A stretch of 63,467 nt of DNA, the filler included, from Craspedostauros australis (lineage: Eukaryota): the NCBI GenBank assembly GCA_030167865.1. It is 7 parts of 7 records of this genome, joined end to end, with 100 filler letters (N's around TTAATTAATTAA, not from the genome) between each part and the next. Parts side by side here need not be neighbours in the genome. Positions count along the whole stretch, not along the records: positions 28,579 to 49,751 come from JALAGF010004406.1; positions 49,852 to 54,317 come from JALAGF010004409.1; positions 54,418 to 56,222 come from JALAGF010004410.1; positions 56,323 to 58,067 come from JALAGF010004412.1; positions 58,168 to 60,892 come from JALAGF010004413.1; 2 more parts are not named here. One strand, written 5' to 3'. The notes below the pieces were generated by a model, which had not been told where the DNA came from, did not search any database, and saw only the letters and a list, made by a program, of their open reading frames with translations. Position numbers and translations under genes: made by a program. This document shows, one piece after another, positions 46,944 through 58,168 of this stretch (the stretch's first letter is position 1; each line of letters starts with the position of its first letter).

Positions 46944-49217
46944 CTATTCTGAGGAGTCCATGGCGTCTTTGCTGCCTGCTTGAGATCCTTCGGGAAGCGG
47001 GGATAGTGCCGCTGAGGGGAAGACAATCGTGCCGTCCGTGGTGGTGGCCGGCATTTCGACGTCATGAAGCGCAGTTGGGTCCGTCGCGAACTGATGTGGG
47101 CGTGCTGCCTTGGTGCGCGTCGTCATGGACATCGCATGGCCTGCGAATTCCACCTGCTGGTGCAATGAGATGTCGGCGAAGGTAGCGAGCGTATTGGATC
47201 CCACGGTGTGATTGTCGCCCGTCTGATTCTTTGGGATGTTGTCCAAGTCGATTTCGATTTTCAGAAGAGGGATGCGTTTGGCACGACCTTCGTCATCGAC
47301 GGCTCCTTTCCAGCCCATGTCCTCTGCCATGACGGAGTCCATCGCCTCCATGTCTGCGTGGAGGATGCTTTGGGCGATCTCCGTGTAGTCATCCACCTCG
47401 TCCTCATCGATACCTGTGACAAAGCCTGTGGCCCAGTCTTCGGTGAAGTTGTCTGTATCCGCCCAGCCTGACGGGGTGAACCAATGATGGCAGTTGCCAC
47501 CCAGCAGCTTGAGACACAAGAACGGGAGTTTGGAAATCACCTCTTGAGCCTCGACTTGGCGATCCTCGTGGTATACGAAGTTGGTCCGGAAAGGGTCTGC
47601 TCTGTCGGTGTCGACTGACACGAAGAGGGCATACTCGGGGTTTGCGAACGACCGGAAGTTCATGATCACCTCTCGGAGAGATACGAGGTACACTGACATG
47701 GGGACATCGAGTTCCTGTACCGATTCAACGCCTTGTGTGAGCATCTTTGCCTCAAAGCGGTGCTGCGCTTTTGCCATGTACTCCAGGCCCAGGAGCTTTT
47801 TTGGGGACGGGACGAATCGTGGGTCGAGAGCGTCTGGCATGAATCGGAGCTGTTTGCCCAAGACTAGGCTTGCGCCTTTCTCGTTGAAGATGCGTTTCAT
47901 CGCCGAGCGACACTCTTTTGCTTTAGAGTGCCCGCACATTACGTGGGCTGCCCGTTGCCTGTCTTTGAATTCCTTCCTTTTTACTTGCCGCCCCGATCGA
48001 AGACGGATCTCCTTCAGCCTGATTTCGATCTCCATCACCCCTTTCACCTTGCTATGGCCGCCAAGCACTTCTGCTAGGTCCTTGTTGTTCGTGGTGCTGT
48101 GGCTTCCGAAGAGCCAGCCAGCTGAGACGATGGTTTTCTCCTGGATGGCTGACGGCTTCATGTGGATGCCTTCGTCGATCAGGGTGCCGTCGTCATTAAA
48201 CGAGTCGAAATCCTTTTTGTGCGCCAAGAGGACACGGGTGAAGATTGTGTTGCCAGTCCTCGCATAGAGGTTCTCGACGAACAGCTTGACTGTTTCTCGG
48301 GACTCCCATTTTCCGTCTCGCTTCGTCCAGGGCCGTGTTGTTCCGTGGTGCCAGGACATGAATTTGGCGTTGGCGTCGTTTTGGAAGATGAAGTCCACCA
48401 TGATGTTGAGGCTATCAATTGCTTGCGCCGGCGCGGTCTTTGATCCATCCCGAGGGGCAGGAAGTCGCAGGTCGACGAAGGTTCTGTGGAAATCGGACAG
48501 AGCGTTGTTGACGGAGTTCCTTGTTTTTTCTGTTGCTTCCCTGCGCAGGTACAGCGTCTCCTTCGTTTTCTGCTTCTTCTTTTGTGCCGGGTTGGGGGAG
48601 ATCGTTTTCTCTCCTTCCAAGTTGTCGATGTCAATCTGTTTGTCTTTCATGAACACCAAGCGTGCCGCGATCCAACCGGCCGATTCGTGAGTCTCGCGTA
48701 ACTGGCCGCTGTCCCACATGGACGTGAACAGGTTGTCCGTCTTGATGAGGCGCAGGTAGAGGTTGATGGTCCTCGTGTTGAACTCTGGCTCCAGCTTGTG
48801 GAGGATGGCCTTTTCGAAGATGTCCGTCCATTGCGCTGCTTTCACGAGGGGTGGATTGCCCGCCAGTCCTTTGACGAACTTTGTGGCGTCGTGGACGGTG
48901 TCGCCTTCCCCGAAGAGAGTGACGAAGGGTTGGACCAGCCGTGTCGCGAAGTTGCGCTCCTTGAGCATTTTGCGCCATTGTTGTTCCAACGCATGGCTCC
49001 ACAGCCACCCTTCTCTTTTTTTCACACTGGTGTTCCTCGCGGTAGGTGTGGCCACTTCGGTCACTTCCTCGTCCTCGGCGACCTGCGTGTCGTACGGAGC
49101 TGCGGTTTGAACAGGTGGGAGCGAGGTCCTTGCCGGAGGCTTGCCTGGCGGTGGCGGTGGGATTGGGGCCATGTCGTCGACTTTGTGGCTACGGTCACTT
49201 CGTTTGTGTTTCGCCAT
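46944..49217 (-). CDS. LINE ORF1 protein (757 aa)
   Basis: Intact ORF starting 100 nt inside the element's 5' end, co-oriented with and upstream of ORF2. Basic core with an acidic C-terminal region. Confidence 0.85.
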   Translation of the reverse strand: MAKHKRSDRSHKVDDMAPIPPPPPGKPPARTSLPPVQTAAPYDTQVAEDEEVTEVATPTARNTSVKKREGWLWSHALEQQWRKMLKERNFATRLVQPFVTLFGEGDTVHDATKFVKGLAGNPPLVKAAQWTDIFEKAILHKLEPEFNTRTINLYLRLIKTDNLFTSMWDSGQLRETHESAGWIAARLVFMKDKQIDIDNLEGEKTISPNPAQKKKQKTKETLYLRREATEKTRNSVNNALSDFHRTFVDLRLPAPRDGSKTAPAQAIDSLNIMVDFIFQNDANAKFMSWHHGTTRPWTKRDGKWESRETVKLFVENLYARTGNTIFTRVLLAHKKDFDSFNDDGTLIDEGIHMKPSAIQEKTIVSAGWLFGSHSTTNNKDLAEVLGGHSKVKGVMEIEIRLKEIRLRSGRQVKRKEFKDRQRAAHVMCGHSKAKECRSAMKRIFNEKGASLVLGKQLRFMPDALDPRFVPSPKKLLGLEYMAKAQHRFEAKMLTQGVESVQELDVPMSVYLVSLREVIMNFRSFANPEYALFVSVDTDRADPFRTNFVYHEDRQVEAQEVISKLPFLCLKLLGGNCHHWFTPSGWADTDNFTEDWATGFVTGIDEDEVDDYTEIAQSILHADMEAMDSVMAEDMGWKGAVDDEGRAKRIPLLKIEIDLDNIPKNQTGDNHTVGSNTLATFADISLHQQVEFAGHAMSMTTRTKAARPHQFATDPTALHDVEMPATTTDGTIVFPSAALSPLPEGSQAGSKDAMDSSE

Positions 49218-49317
49218 TGTCGGCTTTCCACGCCCAGTACTGGTTTAACGTGTTCTACGTGGGAATTTTTGTACCAGTTCTACGTACGTCTTCGACAGTG
49301 GAAGGGTCACGAGACTG

Positions 49318-49335
49318 TCATACTCAGCCATGCCA
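49318..49335. repeat. Target-site duplication, right copy
   Basis: tcatactcagccatgcca, identical to 40711-40728. Confidence 0.93.
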
Positions 49336-49851
49336 GACTTGGCATTCAACAAACACCCATCCATCTATCCATCCCTGCCACGCCACGCCATGCCAATGTG
49401 CCTCTAGAGATAGATAGTATCGACACCTGGGAGATGCTCCATCCTGTCTCATATCACACCAAACAAAGACTGTCCCAGCTGTAGTGGACAACCTGATGGG
49501 ATCCATCACACATTTCCTCACTGTAGCAAAGCAACAGAGTTGTCATTCATTGCAGAACCTCCTATCTGTCGCAGATGTGCGGTGCACCAAGTCATGGGCT
49601 TGGCATGCTATGCTTATGTCACTGATCGTTTCAGCAATGACACCATCATCCTTTGCAACAATTTAATTGGGCATGCATGGTGTATACATTGTTCCTTTGC
49701 TCTGTCTTCACCATCTCATCAGACCACACATTGCCAATGCAAAAACAGCAGNNNNNNNNNNNNNNNNNNNNNNNNNNNNNNNNNNNNNNNNNNNNTTAAT
49801 TAATTAANNNNNNNNNNNNNNNNNNNNNNNNNNNNNNNNNNNNNNNNNNNN

Positions 49852-51827
49852 GCGTAAGTCAAGGAGCAAAGGTACTGCGCCCATCTCAACCACGATGGAA
49901 TGAGATCAGTGGCCACGAAGAATCCTGCGAACAGCATCTGCGGGACGAAGAGCATGGGCAGCAGTTCCGTTGCCGTCTTCGGATCTTCCACCGCTGCTCC
50001 CAACGCAACGGCCAGCGCGGCGGACACCATGGCCAAGGCGTAGTTGATGAGGAGGAACCATCCGAAGCTCATCTGGAAGTCGATCATGTAGAAGGTGATG
50101 ATGGACAGGCAGAAGATCTGGCCCAAGGTCAGGACGGCCTCGACTGTGAGACGGGACAGGAAATAGGCGAAGATGTTGTAATGGTTGGTGGAGTATTCGC
50201 GCAGGAAGACTGGGCGTTGGGAAGGGAACTGGAGCAGCGCATCGTCAGCCGTGCCAAACATGGCCATGAGCAGGACGACGATGAGGGCGCCCCAACGACT
50301 TTGCACGTTTGTTTGCTTGGAAGGATCCTCCGCGCCGACATCCCAGAAGATGACGCCGATGAGGATGCCCAGAAAGATGGTGAGACCGTATCGTGTTCCC
50401 ACAGCTCCGACGTCGCGCTTCAGGTTGATGAACTCGCGACCGAACAGAAGGCGGAGCTGCGTGAGGATGCCGACCTGGCGCGCATCGAACTTGTCATCGT
50501 CCATTCCGGTGGAATGATTGGTGATACCAAGGGCGTCGCGGCCAGTCTCATTGAGTCCATCCAACGGCGGTGCCATGTCGCGCTCGTCGGTGGGGAAGAA
50601 TCCATCCTTCTCCAGCTGCTTGATGTCCTTGGCCTGGGCCACCGCCATGATGTGGTCGGACACGTTGTAGTACTGCGGGACTGGGCTGTTGCGTTCCGCG
50701 AAGTGCTGTGGGATTGCATCAACGGCTCCCTGGTACATGACGCGCCCCTTGTTCATGAGGATGAGGTGGTCGAAAGAGTTGAATATCTCGCTGGATGGCT
50801 GGTGGATGGTAAAGAGGACACTGGCGCCAGCGTTGGCGACCTTCTTCAGCACCTGGCACAGCTGGACGGCAGAGAAGCTGTCCAATCCAGATGTCGGCTC
50901 GTCCAAGAAGACAAGAGCTGGCTTGGTGACCAGCTCCACTCCCACGGATGTTCGCTTGCGCTGTCCGCCGCTGATGCCCTTGATGAGCGGTCCTCCGACG
51001 ATGGTGTCGGCGCAATCCATCAAACCGAGCTCGGCGAGCATGCGGGTGGTCAGCATCTCGATTTCCTCGTCGGTGGTGGATCGTGGAAGACGCAGCTTGG
51101 CGGAGAAGCGGATGGCCTCGCGTGGAGTCGATGTGACTGGGAGGGAATCATCCTGCGCCACGAAGGCGATCTGCTGACGTACGTTGATATCGGTAGGGTC
51201 GACGGTGTAGTTGTTGAGACGGACGTCAGCATCGATGGTGATCGCGCCTCCAGTGGCGGCTCTTCCGGCCAGGATGTTGAGGAGGGACGTCTTGCCGGCT
51301 CCACTGTTGGTCGTTGGGGTGATAGATGTGAATGGATAGATGTGGGTGGATAGATGTGAATGGATAGAGTGGAATGGGTGGAGGTTGAGAAATGTGCTTC
51401 GGTATGTTGATGCAGATTACGCGGTCAGTACAGCGTGGAATTACACGATTGCAAACATCCCAACAGAGCAACGATATCAATGCAATCGATTCATCAGAAA
51501 CCCGCTTTTCATACAATCGTACCTTGGTCCCATGATGGCTGTGGTTTGCTTGACTGGGACTTCTCCCCACACCTTCTCGAGAAGCATGCGATCGTCCTTG
51601 CCATCCTTGCCTGCCAAGGTCATGTCGACATTGGTCCATGTGAGCGTCTTGCCGTCACGTTCCGCGAATGGATCACCGCGAATGGACATCGCAGACGCGG
51701 TGGTTTGGGCATCGTTGGAGTTGTCATGAGATAGCTTGTGGTTTGTGGCGTCGTCATTCACGCCAATTTCAACGTCCTGCATGGTTGCAGCGTCGGTGTC
51801 GATGTTGATGTCGTTGATGGTTGTCAT
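49852..51827 (-). CDS. ABCG (White-family) half transporter, 3' end lost in gap; exons 51827-51523 and 51303-49852
   Basis: The intron 51522-51304 (AG|GTACGA ... CAACAG|T) rebuilds Walker A GPSGAGKTS. Signature ISGGQRKR, Walker B VFLDEPTSGLD, TIHQPS, then an ABC2 TM domain (RPVFLRE, LFAGFF..IPSWLRWAQY). Confidence 0.95.
51320..51372. repeat. 14-bp degenerate tandem repeat (GGATAGATGTG(AAT/GGT)), about 4 copies, in the ABCG intron
   Basis: gatagatgtgaatg gatagatgtgggtg gatagatgtgaatg gatagagtgg read directly. Confidence 0.75.
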
Positions 51828-54417
51828 GTTGATTGAATGGTACGAGGATTGATTATGTCGTTGCTGTTCTTGGTTTGTATGCGGTGGTGGCTGCGTTCGT
51901 TAGTGTTGTTGCTGTTGTTGTTTATGACGGTAGGAATGATGAAGGTGACGATGACGTTGTTGTTTTGGATGAGTTGGTTTTATGAGAGGCTGTTGGTTTG
52001 CTGTTCCTTGCGATTTGATTTTGTGAGGAGAGTTGGGAGATCTCCGATGCGTCCGCGATCTTTCCGCTTTTTCCCCTTGTTTGATTTTTGTTGTCGTCCG
52101 TTTCTGGAATTCGCAGGATCAGCATCATCGATGTTCTGCGACGAGATCAAATGACACAAGAAGGTGTTCCTGATTGTTCCAACAACACCGGTGTGGAGAA
52201 CCTGCTTTCGCCTCCATATCGATGAGGTGGAACGAAGGATCTTTCTGGAATCATGATGTGTCCACAGCACATGCTCGCAGACGTACATATGAGTAGCTCG
52301 TACACTGGAGCGAACAGAGAATGCCAATGGAGACCATGTTCCAGCAACCCGGAGGCACAGATCGAGTCAAGAGAGAGCGAGAGGGAGAGTAATAACACAT
52401 CGAACACTCCAACTACCCTCGTCTTGGTAGTATTCAAATGAGTCGTGTAGTATTCGTGTACCACAGGACGAATACTGATGCAGTCACGAGACTCTTCGTG
52501 TGTGATGAATCGTAATGTCTTGATATCTGCAATTGCCGCAACTCTCATGTGGGATCGCTTTCTCGTCTCACAGACTGACTTGCGATTCAGATATATTGAT
52601 TCCTCAATTCCACACCATCTTGTTGACACCTTGCAATTCAGATATATTGGTTCATCCAATAGATCTGAATAAGAGGTCCTCAATTGCACAGCTTCAGAAT
52701 TATGGCAGTACTGGTCATCGTGGACCTGAACGTGCCATCTGATCTTGTCTTCACCTCTGTGCTTGCAAACATGCATTTCCTCCCACATGTGAATGCAACA
52801 GTGCAAGGCATCATTTTCAGCAGTATTGCTGTGTGAAACTTGTGCAATCTCATTTCATCATCATCATCATCTTGCATTGCACTCTTCATGCTCACAATTC
52901 TGACTTCAACAGATCAGAATTGGGCCAGCTTTCATTAACTTAATCACCTACTTGAGCACACACACACAATACCAACCATCTACATACTTCATTTTTGGAT
53001 CTGATCAGTCTCTATTTGAAGTAAGTACCCTGTATTGTATTCTGTTCTATCAGAGAGAAGAGAACATGGTGAAGGTGTTCCAACTTTACTCGCCTGGAAT
53101 AGAAATCCTACACAGCGCCCCATGACAGAATAGTGCCTGCTTGTAGCGACGAGGAAGAGGCGAAGATTCCAGAGTTCTGTGGAGAGGATCAGAGCGGGAG
53201 ATCTGCTTGCATGTAGAGTACGTACACGTATCCAAAGTATCTCGGTGAGCTTGGATGTCTGCTTTGGTTGATCCCAATCTTCCTTTTCTCTTTTCTGCGG
53301 CCACTTGCTAGCTTGGAATGAGATAGAGTAGTATCCCATTGAGTACGTTCGTGAGATGGAACATATTTGTGGGCAATCATCTGAGGATCATTGTGGTAAA
53401 GTAGAGTACCTGCTTGATTGCATCACGAATTCGTCTTGCTAACTTCGGAATAGTCGTTATTGACTGGTTGGATTGAACCGTCGTCTGTGTGCACGATTGG
53501 AGCGCTTCACAATCGATACAAAACTGTAGAATGTTGTAAACTACTCTAACTTTCAATTTCGCTTTTCAGATCGGAATCGCCCAAGACGTTAGTTTGCGTG
53601 TTTTACATCCAACACGCATTTGCACTCGCGATCACGCGTTGTCGCGCGTTGATGCTGACGAACAACGACCAAGGAAAGCGTCCATTCGCTCGGAGCGGAG
53701 ATCCGTGAAGTACAAACACACTTTACGAGTACTACGGGCTGTGCATGCCGCAGGGAGAAAATCGCATTCCGGACAGCGCATGAAGGACAACGTTGAAGAG
53801 CGAAATAGATGGAATGTTTGGTTCGAAGGCGAGTGGGTCAGTCTGGACTAAAGGCGCGAGCCCCATCGACAAGAAGGAAATATCAGGACAGGACAAGCCA
53901 TGTCAAATGTGACATTGCAATAGTCGTATCAAAATGTCATGCGAAGCATCCACTCGGATTTCAGTGCACAATAAAAATTTGCATGGCCATAAATGTCTCG
54001 CTGCAGACAGACCGACACTTGAGACAGAGCGGCTGGCATAGCCCTAACCCAAGACCACTATCGACGCAGACATGAACATCAATGGGACTGGGTTGGCATG
54101 TCTTCACGAGGCGCTGTGTGCTTTTGTCTCCCAGCGTTGTTGTTGTTGTTGGGCTACCCACGCTCACGCTGGAGCTTGCTCGTGAAAGATGCGCTGCCAA
54201 TGTTTGCTTGTGGTTGTCTCTCTCGACCTGTCTATCTTCACCTTCATCACAACCTTCACATAAATTCCAAACTCCAACAAATTCGAGTCCAAAACCAACT
54301 CAACAAGACCAAGCGAANNNNNNNNNNNNNNNNNNNNNNNNNNNNNNNNNNNNNNNNNNNNTTAATTAATTAANNNNNNNNNNNNNNNNNNNNNNNNNNN
54401 NNNNNNNNNNNNNNNNN

Positions 54418-56222
54418 GCATGATGGGATGCATCTGCACTCCCGTGATGAATCCGTTGGATGTGGGGAAGACTCGGTCGAATACGATCTTCATTCCGGAT
54501 CTGTTGATGATGTCCATCAGAATGCCATTGTTACCAAGCTGGTAACCGTTGTACAGAGCCTTGTTCGTAGAGAAAAGGTTCACCGCCATTTTCGGTGTGT
54601 ACTTCACNNNNNNNNNNNNNNNNNNNNNNNNNNNNNNNNNNNNNNNNNNNNNNNNNNNNNNNNNNNNNNNNNNNNNNNNNNNNNNNNNNNNNGTGCTGTC
54701 TCCCACTTGGACGAAGGACTTGATGTGCCGCACGTTGAAGAGAGCGGCGTCCGAGTTGACGATGTGACACGAAGCTCCGCTGTCAGCGAGCCAGGTGTCC
54801 TTGTTGACCTTGTCCTTATGCTTGGTGCTCAGCTCGTGGAGCTGCTCCACTGCTGCCGCAGCTATCTCGTCGTCGAAGCTGCCGTCGTCGTCTTCGTGGA
54901 CTCCATCTTCGTTGTATGGATGATGATGGTCTCTGTCATCCATGTCGTCGGGCAGTTGCGCGTAGTCCGATGGAATGGTGCTGTTTCGATGTGATCCTGT
55001 GACAGGATCGTATGGGTGGACGCGTGGTCGTTCGCGTNAGAGTACGCGCATACATCCTCCAAGGATGTAATGAAGATCTGTCTCTGGGATCGTCTCTGTC
55101 TCGGCTGCTTCCAGTATGCGATTGATCACAACCGGGTTGGCGAGAATCTCTTCGATTGATCTGAAGTTCGCGGATAGGATGGATCCCATCATGTTTACCC
55201 ATATTGGTCTCAGCACTCCTTGTGCAACTCCTGGGAACAGGCTCACTCCTGCTTCCATCACTGCATCGAAGATGAGTTGCTTCTGGATCACCAGTGCTGT
55301 CTCTGTTGCATATGGGACGGTGTCATGGCGATGGAGGTAGTTGGACCTGTTGGGATCCTCGATTGGTGGGAAGTCGATATTCCCTGGGTAGACGACACGC
55401 TCGTTTGGATTGAAGCTGTCGTCTGGATGATTGCCGTCCTCGGATTCGTCGCTGTCATCCTCGTCGAAGATGCCCGATCTGTTGTTCCCCGCTGCTGGAG
55501 GAGGCGGCGCTGCGCCGCGGTTTGCATCATTCTGTCCTCTGTTGATGAAGGTTCCCGTTCTCTCGTATCTCCCTACTTGCGGAGGAGGCACCTCGTCGCG
55601 GTTCACCTCGTCGTCTTCATCTGCGCCGTCCTCGTCGGCGTCGTCGTCGTCATCGCTCATGGCCTCTTCGATGTCGCTATCGTTGGCCTCGTCGTCCATC
55701 TCAACTTCGTCGCCGTATGAACCGATCAGGTCATGCGCGTTGAAGCAGCACTCGTAGCTCACTTCGCGTCTTGGATCCACCTTGTGGATGATTGGCTCCT
55801 CGCTGAGCCACTCCGGGATGATCTCATCGTCCACCACTTCGTCGTCACTCCCGACGTACTCAAAGTTATCGAAGAAGGAGTCTTCAATGTAGTCGTCGGA
55901 CACCAACATGCAGAGCGGCATGTCCTTTGCCGAGAGTACCATCTCGTGCCCGCTCTTGTCGTGTCCTTGTGTTGCTGTATTGGCCTGCTCGTCGGCCTTC
56001 TTCTTCTCGTTGAACTTCTTCTTTCGGCACTCCGCCTCACGATGTCCGAAGATGCCACAGTAGTTGCACTTGCCCTTGAAGCCGCTTCCCTTGTTGCGCG
56101 TTCCGTTCATTTTGTTGTTGTTGTTGTTGTTTTTCTTGTTGTTGTTCGATTTCTTGCGTTCTGGGCAATCGGCGGATCTATGGCCATACACGCCACAGTT
56201 GTGACAAGTACCCTTGAAGTTA
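54418..56222 (-). mobile_element. Ty1/copia LTR retrotransposon fragment: gag zinc knuckles to aspartic protease
   Basis: Two CCHC knuckles (CHNCGVYGHRSADC, CNYCGIFGHREAEC), protease WLADSGASCHI and VKYTPKMAVNLFS. Bounded by gaps. Confidence 0.9.
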
Positions 56223-56322
56223 NNNNNNNNNNNNNNNNNNNNNNNNNNNNNNNNNNNNNNNNNNNNTTAATTAATTAANNNNNNNNNNNNNNNNNNNNNN
56301 NNNNNNNNNNNNNNNNNNNNNN

Positions 56323-58067
56323 ATCTATGAGTTGCGGTTGTGTGAGTGTGATGGTGTCATCAGTACGTTGGATGTGAACGCCCAGATACTCATTCATGTT
56401 GCCTTCATCGGTTAGTGTGAACCGTGCCTTGAGGCACTCGATGATGTCATCGATCTTGTGTTTGCGTGGGCCAATGATGATGGTGTCATCAACGTACAGC
56501 AGAATGGATGTGTTGTCCTTGTAGAGAAGGCATTCATCGACTTGGCTTTGCTGGAATCCATGCTGCATCAGGCTGTCAACCACATGCCGATGCCATACCA
56601 ATGCTGCCTGCTTGGTGCCAGACAAATTCTTCTTGAGTTGGAGAACGTGAGACCTGTTGTCTCCGTCCACATTGCACCCCTGAGGTGTTTGCATGAAGAT
56701 GTCACATTCCACATCCGCTTGTGGGAACGCCAGAACGAAGTCAATTTGAAGAGTGTTCCAGTGCTGTTTGATGGCCATGGTGAGGAATATCTGGATGGTG
56801 GACCATTGCACAACAGGTGCGAATGTTTCCCAGTAGTTGACACCATGTTGTTGCTCTCCTCCATGCACGCATAGCCGTGCTTTCCACTTGTAGATTTCGC
56901 CGGTTGCAAGTCTGCGTTTGCGTTTGAATGACCAGACGGCTTTCAGGATCTTGTGCCCTTTTGGCACATGATTGCGTTGGACGACCTCTCAATGCTGTCT
57001 GGATTGGTGGTCTTCGATTTCCTTGTGCATTGCCCTGATGAATTTGTCGCGGTGAGGCTGCTTCTGCATTTTCCCCCAGTACATAGTGTCATCGTCTGCA
57101 AGTGTTGCTGCGAATGACATGGGGTGCAGATCGCCCGAGTTCATGTTGAGGACGTCAGATGCGTGGAAGAATTGAGCAGTGTATGTGTGGTAGGATTGGA
57201 GTTGGAGTGTAGGCTGGTTGGTCTCTGCACATTCTGTTGCGGATGGAGCGGATCGTGATGCGTTCTGTGTGGCGATGGCGTAGCTCCCTCTGAAGGTGAG
57301 CTTGCTGGTTGTCTTGGAACACTGTGCCTTGGAAGGCTGGACCTCGGAAGGTTGTGCAACTTGTGCTGCATGTCAAGCTGGAATGGCTTGGCGTCAGGTG
57401 CAGTGTGTGTGGTCCCTGGAGGACACGTGCTTGCGGAAAGCTGGTGCTGAACAGCACGTGTGATGCATTTGGAGCGCATCTGCTGCGACGGCTTGGCTGG
57501 TTCGTCGATGTGTGTGAGACGCTGCCACTGTGATGCGCCAGGACGCATTAGTGGGTTGGTCTTGACCGTTTGGAACCTGTCATCGAAGTTCAGATGGAAC
57601 TGTGGCTATATGTACCCTGTGTCGATCTTGAGAACGATAGGTACGCAGCTCGCATGTTCAGCTGACATGCCAAGGAATATGGCAACGTTGGCTCGGCTGC
57701 TCCACTTGGGAACCTGGGATCCCTGTTGCAGTGCGGCCTTGAGGATGTATACAGGGCATCCAAATGTGTGAAAGTGTTGCATTGAGGGTCAGATCTTGAT
57801 CTGCGCGAATCGCTGGAGTGGCAATATACCTCCCTCTCGAGCAGCATTCCTTTGGATCTTGGAGGTGTAGTGCGGAGTATACGGCCATAGAGACGGATGA
57901 ATGGCATCAGGACAATGGTGCTGCGCAAGCAAGAGTATCGAGCAAGTGGACTCTTGGAGGTTGCAGATGCGTCGCTCGGCAACGCCATTCTGATGGTGAG
58001 CATTGACTCCACAGAATGTGATGGTTTGATTGGCTGCTGCGACAGCCGTGCGGAACAGCTGCTCAGC
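56323..58067 (-). mobile_element. Degenerate Ty1/copia (CoDi-type) integrase-RT fragment
   Basis: Integrase FCGVNAHHQNGVAERRI and HFHTFGCPVY. RT AVWSFKRKR, KWKARLCVHGG, WETFAPVV, QIDFVLAFPQA, LYVDD, EYLGV. In-frame stops at 57606-57608 and 56989-56991. Confidence 0.92.
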
Positions 58068-58168
58068 NNNNNNNNNNNNNNNNNNNNNNNNNNNNNNNNN
58101 NNNNNNNNNNNTTAATTAATTAANNNNNNNNNNNNNNNNNNNNNNNNNNNNNNNNNNNNNNNNNNNNA

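Larger units (their letters stand above)
40729..49317 (-). mobile_element. Full-length non-LTR retrotransposon (LINE), Ambal-like, 8589 bp
   Basis: 18-bp TSD, 100-nt 5' UTR, ORF1, 678-nt spacer, ORF2 with APE-RT-RNase H-CCHC, about 100-nt 3' UTR ending in (TTA)3T. Clade assignment is inferred from architecture and RT motifs. Confidence 0.93.

Noticed and set aside
49218..49317. Self-cleaving ribozyme in the LINE 5' UTR
   Set aside because: Only short palindromes (ACGTACGT, CCAGTACTGG). I could not build an HDV-like or hammerhead fold by eye.
50181..51353. 390-aa + strand ORF (and similar long antisense ORFs at 15003-15941, 17840-18814, 29754-30779, 58112-59707)
   Set aside because: Opposite well-supported genes with strong codon bias, and they have no motifs of their own.
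53901..54317. Possible LTR starting TGTCA and ending near CAACTCAACA
   Set aside because: No second copy, PBS or PPT identifiable, and it ends at a gap.
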